DNA of 32,000 nt from Zestosphaera tikiterensis (lineage in GTDB: Archaea; Thermoproteota; Thermoprotei_A; Sulfolobales; NBVN01). Positions 9,432 to 18,238 of the stretch are shown piece after piece. Within the stretch, counting starts at the first letter, position 1. Every line of letters begins with the position of its first letter. Location of the stretch: contig NBVN01000004.1 of NCBI GenBank assembly GCA_003056265.1, positions 240,001-272,000 on the forward strand. Direction: 5' to 3'. The translations under genes and the position numbers were made by a program. A model generated the notes under the pieces. That model was not told the origin of the DNA. It worked only from the letters and a program-made list of their open reading frames with translations, and did not search any database.

Positions 9432-10910
9432 TTGTTCTTAGATGTTGCGTTAATTACCTTTGAGTGTAAGTTTTGTAGGGTTTTGAGCGTGGGCGTATGT
9501 AGTTTATGTGGTAGGGCTTCAAAGATTGTGAGTAGGTCTGTAGGTGTTTGTTATGAGTGTTTAACGAAGCGTGCGGGTGCTTTGACATTCAGTAGAACTA
9601 CCCATGCTTCATATAGGGGTAGCTTAGGACTGCCTGAAGCAGTTCCTGAGGAAGGGGGTAGACGTTGTGTTTTGTGTGTTAACGAATGTTCTATAGGCGA
9701 TGGTCGAGTAGGTTACTGCGGTCTTTGGAGGAATGAAGGAGGTTTACTGAAGCATGTAGCTGGTTTAAATAAGTTTTTAGGTCTTTGGTATCTTGATCCA
9801 CACCCCACGAATTGTGTTGCAGGGCCTGTATGCCCTGCGAACACGGGTAGGGGCTATCCTAAATATACGTTAACAGAGGGTGTTGAGGTAGGGTATTCAA
9901 ACCTAGCGGTGTTTTTCGGTGGGTGTATGCTTAACTGCCTCTTCTGCCAGAATTTCGAGCATAAAGAGATGGTTGCTAAAGCTTTGAAAGGGGGTTTTAA
10001 AACTTTAGTAAGTGTTGATGAAGTTGTTGAGGTCGGCTTAAGCGATAAGGTATCTTGCGTGTGTTTCTTTGGCGGTGATCCAGGGCCTCACGCACCTCAA
10101 GCATTAGCAATAGCGAGGAAACTACTTACGTTAAGTAGTGGTAAAGTTAAGAGGGTGTGTTGGGAGACTAACGGTTTGGAGAATCCTTCAGTAATGAGTG
10201 AGATGGCTAAAATGACCCTCTCCCCGCTTTTAAAGGCGGGGTTTCACTGCTGGGTCTTGAGCGATACCCCTCCTTAAGGGGGTTACGGGATACCTTCATC
10301 AATCATCGACCTCAGAGGGCCTCAAGCATTCATGTGGGAGGCATAGTATGGGTTGTGTGTATGCTTTAATCGATTTGCTTGAGGTTTGCCTCCCACACAC
10401 ATTAAACATCATCACCAAAATAAATTAGAAGAAACAGCAACTTATAAGCTTTTCATCCCCGCCTTAAAAGGCAGGCTTTCAGTTGTAAGCTTAACTTCAG
10501 GCGGTATAGTTAAAATTGATTGGAAGGCTTGGACTCCTCAAGTATATGAAGCTTTAACAGGTGTTAACGGAGTTAAAGCGGTTGAAAGAGTTAAGGAGAA
10601 CGTCAAACTAGTTAATGAGTTAAGCACCTCAAGACCTGAACCACCACTACTTGTCGTAAGCACTCTTTTAGTGCCTGGCTACGTTACGATTGAGGAAGTT
10701 GAACACATAGCTGAATTCCTAGCTAATGTGAACCCGAACATCCCATACGTCTTGCTGGCTTTCTACCCTAAACATCTTATGAGCGATTTACCTACGACGA
10801 GCCGTGAACACGCCTTTAAAGCTTATGAGGTAGCGCGAAATGCTGGGTTAAAGGAAGTATTCATAGGCAATGTATGGCTTCTTTCAAACTCCTACACCGT
10901 CAAAACTTAA
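9432..10910 (+). pseudogene. radical SAM protein (PflA/COG1180-like with N-terminal Cys-rich ribbon), interrupted by a 270-nt element
   Basis: Two ORFs in the same frame (9432-10277 and 10386-10910). The first has CSLC..CYEC and the radical-SAM cluster motif GGCMLNCLFCQNFEH. The second resumes with SLTSGGIVKIDWKAW. An in-frame TAA at 10275-10277 lies inside the insertion. The N-terminal start is uncertain (TTG 9432, TTG 9483 or GTG 9489). Confidence 0.75.
10215..10484 (-). mobile_element. hairpin-ended non-coding repeat element, copy B
   Basis: Reverse-complement homologue of 360-691. Subterminal hairpins at 10222-10241 (ccccgc ttttaaag gcgggg) and about 10459-10476 (cccgcctt aa aaggcagg). 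In element orientation it is preceded by gcTTAC (revcomp of 10485-10490). The inferred length of 270 nt keeps the two gene halves in frame. Confidence 0.65.
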
Positions 10911-10932
10911 AACCCTTTAAAGCTTTAATTCC

Positions 10933-11007
10933 TTGGATGATGTCAAGAACTCCTATGATTGATGATTAAGGACTCGAGCTCTGACAAAACGCTCTTTTAA
11001 AAAGGCG
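10933..11007 (+). repeat. possible degenerate, internally deleted third copy of the element
   Basis: ttggatgatgt (10933-10943, cf. ttggtgatgatgt in A 425-437), atgattgatga (10955-10965, identical 11-mer to A 538-548), then the hairpin cgctcttttaaaaaggcg (10990-11007, cf. the element-end hairpin ccccgcttttaaaggcgggg). Order and orientation match copy A. Confidence 0.25.
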
Positions 11008-11049
11008 ATTATCGACTTAGCTAAGATATTAACTCACAGCTCTTGAGTT

Positions 11050-11346
11050 TTAACCTCCTTCGTAGAGGGTAGGCATTAAAACTACTTCATCACCTTCTTT
11101 TAAAGGAGTTGTAGGTAAGGCTTCAACTCCGTTAATGAAGACCTGTATTAACGGTATCCTTTCTTCAACCTCCCTTAACTCAGGCCTTAACTCAAACAAA
11201 CGCTTCAGTAGGTTCTTAACGTAGGCATCACTTCTAGGTAAGGATATGTAATCAAACCTAACGCTTAATATATCTGCTAAACTACCTAAGTAAACAACCC
11301 TTACCTTCACTACCTCACTATTAAGTTCCTCCTCACTTACTAACAT
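11050..11346 (-). CDS. MoaD/ThiS-family ubiquitin-like small protein with C-terminal Gly-Gly
   Basis: 98-aa ORF ending ...EGDEVVLMPTLYEGG*. The size, the FINGV motif and the terminal diglycine fit beta-grasp sulfur carriers / SAMP-Urm1-like modifiers. Confidence 0.7.
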   Translation of the reverse strand: MLVSEEELNSEVVKVRVVYLGSLADILSVRFDYISLPRSDAYVKNLLKRLFELRPELREVEERIPLIQVFINGVEALPTTPLKEGDEVVLMPTLYEGG

Positions 11347-11371
11347 AGTCGTTACCGTAACCCTACCCTAC

Positions 11372-13132
11372 TTATTGAGTACCTACCTTAGCTTTTAAGA
11401 CCTCCAGAGCTTTCTGCGTTACTGCTCTCTCACGTATTTCATTCTTTAACTCATTGACGAATAACTCTAGAGGGACGTTACTTACCTGTATGTTACCCCT
11501 GCCCCTTACGGAGACTGTCCTATTCTCTGCTTCCTTCCTACCTACGATTACAATGTATGGTATGGCCTGATCATATGCTTTTCTAACCTTCTTCTGAAGG
11601 GTTTCATCTTCATAGTCTTTAATTACTCTAACACCCTCTTCATCAAGTACTCTATAAACCTCATCTGCGTATTGCTGGACCTCTTTAGTTATAGGTATCA
11701 CAACAACTTGAACTGGGCTTAACCACGTGGGTAGCTTACCTTCAAATTCTTCAATCATTATAGCCATAAACCTTTCTATACTTCCTAAGATAGCTCTATG
11801 TATAACTACGGGTCTCTTCCTACTGTTGTCTTTATCGATGTATTCAAGTCCGAACCTTTCAGGCAATGCGAAATCCACTTGAATAGTACTGCATTGCCAC
11901 CACCTACCTATGGAGTCTTTAAAGTGGACGTCTATCTTAGGCCCGTAGAAAGCCCCCTCACCTTCTTTAACGCTATACGGAATTCCCAACTCTTCCAAAG
12001 CATTTCTTAAAGCTTCAGTAGCTTTCCCCCACATCTCTTCCGTCCCTATGTATTTCTCAGGCCTTGTCGATAGGTAAACCCTAATGTCGTTTGCTTTAAT
12101 GCCGAAGATTGAAAGTACGTACATGATCTCAGATAGAATGGCTTTAATCTCTTCTTTAACCTGCTCTTCAGTTAGGAAAGCATGCCCGTCGTCTTGAGTG
12201 AAGCCTCTAACCCTTAACAGCCCGTAGAGCTCGCCCCTCTTTTCCCATCTATAAACGGTGCCGAACTCCGCGAACTTAATGGGTAGGTCTTTATAACTTC
12301 TCATTCTAGTCTTGTATATTAATATATGTCCTGGGCAATTCATGGGTTTAATGCCGTATTCCTCCCCTTCAACTTCAGCTAAGACCATCTTATCCCTGTA
12401 TAGAGTGTAATGACCGCTTATCCTCCATAGTATTGACTTATACACATGCGGTGTATATACCTCTTCATAACCTAACCTCTTGTTAACCTCACGCATTAAC
12501 TTTATGAGTTCCTCCCTAATGACCTGCCCTTTAGGATGGTAGATAACTAATCCGGAGCCTGCTTCGTCGTGAAAACTAAAGAGATCTAACTTCTGACCAA
12601 GTAACCTATGATCTCTTTTAACGGCTTCATTATACCACTCAATCCACGCATTCAGTTCCTCCCTACTTCTGAAAGCTACGCCGACAAGCCTTACCAAGCT
12701 TAGGTCAGGTAATGGGTTATGCGATGATACGTTCTTAATTAACACAGCACCTATAGGATCTCCTGAAGGCTTTACCTCAGGCTCTAAATACAGGCTAACG
12801 CCGTTAACCCTATAGACGCCGGTATGGTCTAAAAGCTTTAGAAGCTCATTAGTTGAGAACCCCTCGAAAACTATCTCGACGCCTTCAGCATCTGCTTTAA
12901 CGGCAAGCTCTTCAAGCCTCCTAACTAAACGCTCGTCAGGCCACTCACCGCTTAACGACTTAAAATCGCATTTAAATCCGTACTCATCAACGCTACAGCC
13001 AAGAGGTTCAAGCCACTCAACGTTCTTAGAAACTACATACTGAAGTATTAATGAAGCCCTAGCCAATACCTCAGGACTTAAACCAACTTCGGTGTTTGGC
13101 GTGACATCACCACCAAACCTCACTACAACCAA
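11372..13132 (-). CDS. thrS: threonyl-tRNA synthetase (catalytic form)
   Basis: 586-aa ORF with a class II core and ThrRS-specific motifs ([41 protein letters not shown]) plus a C-terminal anticodon-binding domain. TTG start at 13132. Confidence 0.9.
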   Translation of the reverse strand: MVVVRFGGDVTPNTEVGLSPEVLARASLILQYVVSKNVEWLEPLGCSVDEYGFKCDFKSLSGEWPDERLVRRLEELAVKADAEGVEIVFEGFSTNELLKLLDHTGVYRVNGVSLYLEPEVKPSGDPIGAVLIKNVSSHNPLPDLSLVRLVGVAFRSREELNAWIEWYNEAVKRDHRLLGQKLDLFSFHDEAGSGLVIYHPKGQVIREELIKLMREVNKRLGYEEVYTPHVYKSILWRISGHYTLYRDKMVLAEVEGEEYGIKPMNCPGHILIYKTRMRSYKDLPIKFAEFGTVYRWEKRGELYGLLRVRGFTQDDGHAFLTEEQVKEEIKAILSEIMYVLSIFGIKANDIRVYLSTRPEKYIGTEEMWGKATEALRNALEELGIPYSVKEGEGAFYGPKIDVHFKDSIGRWWQCSTIQVDFALPERFGLEYIDKDNSRKRPVVIHRAILGSIERFMAIMIEEFEGKLPTWLSPVQVVVIPITKEVQQYADEVYRVLDEEGVRVIKDYEDETLQKKVRKAYDQAIPYIVIVGRKEAENRTVSVRGRGNIQVSNVPLELFVNELKNEIRERAVTQKALEVLKAKVGTQ

Positions 13133-13361
13133 ACATTATTAAGCATAATACCTTAATAAGCGCGTCAGTAATTGAAGTAATTGAAGGTTTAAACATATGG
13201 AAACATCATGCATTTAAAGCGTGTGGTTAGCGACGCACATAGCTAGTTAGTTACGGTTGGGGATTACATGCTCTAACATGGGAAGCGCTTAAACCACGTT
13301 AATGAACCACCTCCAAAGCGATTTATTATGTGGAGTTAACTAATGGTTTGTTAGGGTAGAG

Positions 13362-14714
13362 GTGGTGAAAGAACCTTACGCTATAGAGTGGGTTGACGTC
13401 GCTGCGTTGATTGAAGCTGTTAAACTTTCTGAAGCTATAAAGCCTTCTCAACAAGCTAAAAGGGATGCTTTCCGTAAATACGGTGTTTTGGGTGGTAGGA
13501 AGGATCCTCCGTTAACCGCCATCTTCTACGATATAATGCTTAGGTTAGGTCTTTTAGATAAGGCAGTAGTTAAATTAACTGGTGTTTCAAACCCGTTATT
13601 GCTGGATCCCTACTTAAGAGCTGCTTTAAGGGTTTTCATAGAGCTTAAGGTCTTCAGCAAAGGTAAGATAGTCTTTAAAGATTTAGATAAGATTAAGAGT
13701 AAAGTTTCTTCATACCTGTCTAAACATTCCCACCCATACGTAGGGATGTGGTTGTGGGACGCCATAGATAAGCTAGATAACTTTAGCTTAACCCCTGAAA
13801 ACGAAGAGGAAAGCCTTATGTTTAAGTATTTACTTCCTCCCTGGTATATAAGGAGGGTTAAGGAACTCCTAGGCGGGGAGGAAGCGGAAAAATACTTCAA
13901 CTCTCTACTAGCTAAGCCTAAAATCAGTGTAAGGGTTAACACGTTAAAAAGCACTGTTGAGGAAGTCATTAAAGAACTTGAAGGTAGGGTTAAAGGACTT
14001 GAAGTCTCTGATAAGGTCCCTAACGTAATTAAGTTCTACGGACCGTTTAACTTCGACAGATCCCCTCTTCACCTCAGCGGTAGAATCGTAATTCAGGAGG
14101 AGGCAGCGGCTTTAGCGCCGCTCTTACTGAATCCCAAGCCTGGTGAGGTTGTCGTAGACCTTGCTGCCGCTCCAGGAGGTAAGACAGAGTTGATGGGTGA
14201 GTTAATGCTTAATCAAGGCAGAATATACGCTTTCGACGTCGATGAAGCACGAATTAAAAGAATGCGTAAACTCCTAGAAAGGGCTGGAGTCAATATAGTT
14301 AACATATATAAACGCGATGGTAGGGAAGCACCTAAGGTCTTAGGGACTGAAGTAGCTGATAAAGTCCTTATAGACGCTCCATGCAGTTCAGACGGGACTT
14401 TAATGAAGAACCCTGATCTTCGATGGCGTCTCTCCGAGGAGGAAGTAGGTAAGCTTAGTCAACTTCAGTATGAGCTCATCTTAGCAGGTCTTAAACTACT
14501 TAAGCCTGGAGGCCACCTGCTTTACTGCACGTGCTCAGCACTTAAAGAGCAGAACGAGGATGTCATAGCTAAGGTCTTGAGGAAGAGGAAGGATGTGGAG
14601 TTAATACCTCTTAAAGGTCCTTACGACAGCGGATATATAGAGGGGACCATGAGGGCCTGGCCTCATAAACATAACACTATAGGTTTCTTCTACGCCCTAC
14701 TTAAGAAGAGGTAG
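13362..14714 (+). CDS. NOL1/NOP2/Sun-family RNA cytosine-C5 methyltransferase
   Basis: 450-aa ORF with the SAM-binding DLAAAPGGKT and the catalytic Cys motifs DAPCSSDG and YCTCS. Confidence 0.85.
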   Translation: MVKEPYAIEWVDVAALIEAVKLSEAIKPSQQAKRDAFRKYGVLGGRKDPPLTAIFYDIMLRLGLLDKAVVKLTGVSNPLLLDPYLRAALRVFIELKVFSKGKIVFKDLDKIKSKVSSYLSKHSHPYVGMWLWDAIDKLDNFSLTPENEEESLMFKYLLPPWYIRRVKELLGGEEAEKYFNSLLAKPKISVRVNTLKSTVEEVIKELEGRVKGLEVSDKVPNVIKFYGPFNFDRSPLHLSGRIVIQEEAAALAPLLLNPKPGEVVVDLAAAPGGKTELMGELMLNQGRIYAFDVDEARIKRMRKLLERAGVNIVNIYKRDGREAPKVLGTEVADKVLIDAPCSSDGTLMKNPDLRWRLSEEEVGKLSQLQYELILAGLKLLKPGGHLLYCTCSALKEQNEDVIAKVLRKRKDVELIPLKGPYDSGYIEGTMRAWPHKHNTIGFFYALLKKR

Positions 14715-15430
14715 TGATGTTGTCAACACCCAGACATAAGGTAAGTAGAGTTCCTGAGTTTAAGGAGGTAGTTTACGATTATAAGGTATGGAGAACTTTA
14801 GAGGTTCTTAGGGGTAGAGCCCTTAACATCATGTTAAAGCTTAGGGAATGTGGTTTTGAGCCAATAGCTCACGGTTCCGTAGCTAGAGGTGACGTAACAC
14901 CTAAAAGCGATGTAGATGTCGTGATAACATACTCCATACAGCCTTATAAGGTGGAGGTCTGTCTTGAGCGTAGCGGATTAAAACCTTTTAAGAAGTACTT
15001 AGTTCAAGCTACGCCGTCCTCAACCCCTAAAGCTTACGTGGAGTTGGATGCCGAGGGGTTAACAACGGTTTCTTTCCCTATTTTAAACCTTTCACAACGT
15101 GAGCTAGAGTTCTATAGGTTCGGAGGTTTAGTAGATGTTAACGACTTAATTAAAGGTGTTAGAAAGCCTGGAGTGAATAAAAACTTAATTTTAATCGTAC
15201 CTACAGACTCAGGCCATAGGGAAGCTCCAGTCGTAGGGTATGAACCCTACGTAGCTAACGTACTTAACATATCGTTAGAAACTGTCTTAGAGCGCGTTAG
15301 GGTTTTAACAAGGAGGGATGACGTAGGTAGAACTGGAACATTCCTTAACTACGTCTTAAACGTTGATGAAAGTTTTGAAGAAGCTTTAGCAAAGCTTGTA
15401 AAGTCAGGTAGGTTAAAGCTAATGCGGTGA
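14714..15430 (+). CDS. nucleotidyltransferase-domain protein (Pol beta superfamily)
   Basis: 238-aa ORF with the GS-x10-DxD signature (HGSVARGDVTPKSDVDVVI). Its start overlaps the upstream stop (TAGTGATG). Confidence 0.6.
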   Translation: MMLSTPRHKVSRVPEFKEVVYDYKVWRTLEVLRGRALNIMLKLRECGFEPIAHGSVARGDVTPKSDVDVVITYSIQPYKVEVCLERSGLKPFKKYLVQATPSSTPKAYVELDAEGLTTVSFPILNLSQRELEFYRFGGLVDVNDLIKGVRKPGVNKNLILIVPTDSGHREAPVVGYEPYVANVLNISLETVLERVRVLTRRDDVGRTGTFLNYVLNVDESFEEALAKLVKSGRLKLMR

Positions 15431-15538
15431 ACACAACGCTTAACAACATGCACTTCAACGCCCTCCTCAATCCTTAAAATTTCCTATGCTTATACTTTTT
15501 AAGCAAGTAACGCTTATTAATAACCTCCCTAAATTTCT

Positions 15539-15835
15539 ATGGTTGAGGTTATGGATCTAGAGTGGTGGGTAATAACATACCTTACTGCCCTCATGATTCC
15601 CTACGTTATTTCGTTCTTCTTATACACTATAAGGATGTTTAAAGGCCCTACACTCCCCGATAGGGTTATCGCCGTTGACGCTCTCGGTTATGACTTAGCG
15701 GCTTTCTTAACCATACTTACTATACTTCTTAAATCCCCTATAATGATCGTATGTAGCGTAGTTTTAATCCTCTGGATCTACTCCCTCGATATATACGTAG
15801 CTAAGTACTTAGAATCTAAAGAGTTAGGTGGTTAG
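15539..15835 (+). CDS. mrpF: Mrp/Mnh antiporter subunit F-like membrane protein
   Basis: 98 aa with 3 TM segments. The motif FKGPTLPDRVIAVDALG is typical of MrpF/PhaF. Confidence 0.75.
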   Translation: MVEVMDLEWWVITYLTALMIPYVISFFLYTIRMFKGPTLPDRVIAVDALGYDLAAFLTILTILLKSPIMIVCSVVLILWIYSLDIYVAKYLESKELGG

Positions 15836-16211
15836 GATGGCTACGTTATTGGATTGGGCTTTAGTTATAATCGGGCAAGCCTTAATAACCATAGGCGTTT
15901 TCTGCGATTTAGCGGCTGCCATATCTATGTTGAGATTCCCTAACTTCTACACTAGGTTACATGCTTTAACCGTTGGTAGTGTGGGTGGAGCTTTCGTACC
16001 GATAGTAGGCGTTGCCTTCATAGCAGCTGGGTCGGAGTTCTTAGGCGTTTACAGGTGGTTTTTAGCTGGTTCATCATTAGTTATAGCTGTTGTGGAGTTG
16101 CTCCTCGCTGGGTCCGGTAGTCATGCGATAGCTAGAGCTACGCATAGAGCTAAAGCAGCTCCAACACAGCCTATAATAGTCGATAAGCTTGAGGAGGAGA
16201 GAGGGGGTTAA
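15828..16211 (+). CDS. mrpG: Mrp/Mnh antiporter subunit G-like membrane protein
   Basis: The motif RFPNFYTRLHALTVGS is typical of MrpG/PhaG. The likely true start is ATG 15837, after the AGGTGG RBS. Confidence 0.75.
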   Translation: MVRMATLLDWALVIIGQALITIGVFCDLAAAISMLRFPNFYTRLHALTVGSVGGAFVPIVGVAFIAAGSEFLGVYRWFLAGSSLVIAVVELLLAGSGSHAIARATHRAKAAPTQPIIVDKLEEERGG

Positions 16212-16506
16212 GATGGATTACGTAGATTTAATATTCGCTATGATGGGTTTATCCGCTCTCCTATCGGTTGTAGCTACGGCTTTAGCTATTAGAAGTAAAG
16301 ACCTACTAAACGCGGTGATATTCTCCTCGGTTCAGAGCGTCGCATACGCTTTAATATACTTCCTACTTCTAGCGCCTGACATAGTCTTAGTTTACGTTGC
16401 TGTCTCCGTCGGCATATATCCTTTAATACTTATTCTACTTATTAAGAAGGTAGGTAGGTACGAAACGAAGCAAAATTGGGAGCAGTTGAAGGGAGGTGAT
16501 GTTTAA
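16189..16506 (+). CDS. DUF4040 / MbhD-like membrane subunit (MrpB N-terminal-like)
   Basis: Small 3-TM protein with NAVIFSSVQSVAYALIYFLLLAPDIVLVYVAV, cf. the APDVALTEA motif of DUF4040. The likely start is ATG 16213 (MDYVDLIF). Confidence 0.6.
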   Translation: MRRREGVKMDYVDLIFAMMGLSALLSVVATALAIRSKDLLNAVIFSSVQSVAYALIYFLLLAPDIVLVYVAVSVGIYPLILILLIKKVGRYETKQNWEQLKGGDV

Positions 16507-16532
16507 CGCTTAGGGACTTAGCCTTCATAGCT

Positions 16533-17318
16533 TTGATACTTATCCTAGTGCTTTCCTTAACCTACTTAACCTACTTAGGCGGTTTAGGTGAGTTACCTCC
16601 CAACGACGTTAGGTTAATAGCTAAGAACTACTTAAACCTAACCTACAATCCATACGTTAAAAGCCTATGGGCTTCCTCACCTGAAGCTGTTACAGCGATA
16701 GTTTGGGATTATAGGGGTTTAGACACACTCTTCGAAACAGTTGTTTTCTATGGTGCGGTGTTAGCGGCTATAACCTTATTTAGGAAGGTAGCTAAAGAGA
16801 AAGACATGCTTCAATCTAAAGGGATGTCCGTAGTGGTTAAGAGAGCTACAGCCATAGTTACTGTAGCTATGTTAACCGTAGCTTTCTCCACAGCTCTTCA
16901 CGGGCACTTAACCCCTGGCGGCGGGTTCCAAGCAGGTGCTATAGGTGCTGTAGCACCGTTAGTTATGATCGTAGTGTTCGGTAAGAGGTATTTAGAGGAT
17001 AGAGGGCTTAGCTACGGAAGGCTTTTAAGCTTAAGGAACTTAGCCTTAACCGGTATTGGAGTAACGAGCATAGCTTTATTCACTTACGCCTTAATTCAAG
17101 GGGGGTTCAGCTTCATATTCCAGAACCAAGGTAAGTCACTATCTCCTTATTCATTCCCATCATATACGTTGGATGTACCTTCGGGAGGTATTCTGCTGTT
17201 CTTCAACGTGTTTGAGTTTCTAGCTGTTTTAGCTGGGTTTACGTTGGTTTTCCTGATTCTACTTGGTAGCGATGAACTCCTTTCTAAGGAGTTCGAAGGT
17301 GGTGAAAATGGATATTGA
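16533..17318 (+). CDS. mrpB: MnhB/MrpB-like membrane subunit (MbhE/F-like)
   Basis: 261 aa. AIVWDYRGLDTLFETVVF and LTPGGGFQAGAI are hallmark MnhB-domain motifs. TTG is the first canonical start in the frame. Confidence 0.75.
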   Translation: MILILVLSLTYLTYLGGLGELPPNDVRLIAKNYLNLTYNPYVKSLWASSPEAVTAIVWDYRGLDTLFETVVFYGAVLAAITLFRKVAKEKDMLQSKGMSVVVKRATAIVTVAMLTVAFSTALHGHLTPGGGFQAGAIGAVAPLVMIVVFGKRYLEDRGLSYGRLLSLRNLALTGIGVTSIALFTYALIQGGFSFIFQNQGKSLSPYSFPSYTLDVPSGGILLFFNVFEFLAVLAGFTLVFLILLGSDELLSKEFEGGENGY

Positions 17319-17739
17319 GTTAGTGAGGTTTATGTTCTTACTTACGGTTGTTTCATTCTATGTGAACCTAGCTTTATCTATTTACGGTGTTATAGCTAAG
17401 CCAAACCTAGTTAAGAAGATCATAGCTTTAACCATACTTCAGGACTCCGCCAGCATATTCGCCGTACTGGTTGGGTATAAGTTATGGAGGCCTGGCCTAA
17501 CCCTCCAACCCCCCGTGCTTACCGACCTCACGCCAACCTCCGAAACCCTTAAAGAATTCGTGCTGAGGTCTGTAGATCCACTACCTCAAGCTTTAGTCTT
17601 AACCGCGATAGTCATAGGGTTGGCTGTCACGGTTTTTCTAACTACCATAACCCTCCACATTCAGAAACACTTCGGTACGGTTAACGTAGACGTTATAGGA
17701 AGGCTTAAGAGGGAGGAGGTCTATGAGGAAGTTATTTAA
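17308..17739 (+). CDS. mrpC: MrpC / NuoK-like membrane subunit (MbhG-like)
   Basis: A 3-TM NuoK-like protein. ATG 17308 is preceded by AAGGTGGTGA. The track ORF begins at 17263 but overlaps the previous gene. Confidence 0.7.
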   Translation: MDIELVRFMFLLTVVSFYVNLALSIYGVIAKPNLVKKIIALTILQDSASIFAVLVGYKLWRPGLTLQPPVLTDLTPTSETLKEFVLRSVDPLPQALVLTAIVIGLAVTVFLTTITLHIQKHFGTVNVDVIGRLKREEVYEEVI

Positions 17740-18229
17740 AGTTTTAATTCTGTCTTTAGGCGTTTTTACCGTGTACATCATATATACAGGGTCTGTAAAG
17801 CTATACGACATAGCAACCGGCGTTATAGTGTCTTTAATTGTTAGTTACTTAACAGCTAATATAGTCATTGAGGATTGGAGGAAGGCTTTAGACTTACGTA
17901 GGGTTGCTACGTTCATTAAATTTGCTTTTAGGTATCTGCTCATTGATGAAGTTAAAGCTCACGCTTTAGTGATTAGGTTGGGGTTAAGCCCTAGGTTGAG
18001 TTTAAAGCCGGCTATAGTTAAGATACCTATTAACTCCAGGTCTGACTACGCAGTAACTATGACATCGTTAGCAATAACTAACACGCCAGGCACCGTAGTT
18101 GTTGACTTAACTGAAGACAATAGTGTCCTATATGTTCACTGGATATACGCTACGAAGATAGAACCTCAAGAAGCCTATAAGGAGGTGTGTGAAGTTTTTG
18201 ATTCCTACGCCCGTAAAGTTTTTGATTAG
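17723..18229 (+). CDS. mrpE: MrpE-like membrane subunit
   Basis: 168 aa. ITNTPGTVVVDL...LYVHWI matches the MrpE motif ITLTPGT...H. A GGAGGAGG RBS lies upstream. Confidence 0.7.
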   Translation: MRKLFKVLILSLGVFTVYIIYTGSVKLYDIATGVIVSLIVSYLTANIVIEDWRKALDLRRVATFIKFAFRYLLIDEVKAHALVIRLGLSPRLSLKPAIVKIPINSRSDYAVTMTSLAITNTPGTVVVDLTEDNSVLYVHWIYATKIEPQEAYKEVCEVFDSYARKVFD

Positions 18230-18238
18230 GTGGTTTAG

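Noticed and set aside
10215-10484. The insertion in the radical-SAM gene as an archaeal bulge-helix-bulge mRNA intron (its length is a multiple of 3)
   Set aside because: I could not build a helix-bulge-helix-bulge-helix motif. The exon sequence upstream of 10215 (ggctaaaatg) has no complement just downstream of 10485 (gtaagcttaactt). The other copy sits in a clearly decayed gene with ~200 codons missing, which fits a mobile element better than an intron.
6532-10910. TldD/PmbA plus the adjacent radical-SAM gene as a RiPP (microcin-like) maturation cluster
   Set aside because: No precursor-peptide ORF, cyclodehydratase or transporter lies nearby. TldD/PmbA pairs and this PflA-like radical-SAM family are widespread housekeeping-type genes in archaea. 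A 183-nt spacer with T-runs separates the two units.
10937-10984. C/D box sRNA candidate (atgatgt ... tgat/tgatga ... ctga)
   Set aside because: The C box is imperfect (AUGAUGU). D' and C' abut with no loop. The C'-to-D spacer is about 15 nt instead of about 12, and there is no terminal stem. The box-like words are shared with the repeat element, which suggests a degenerate element copy instead.
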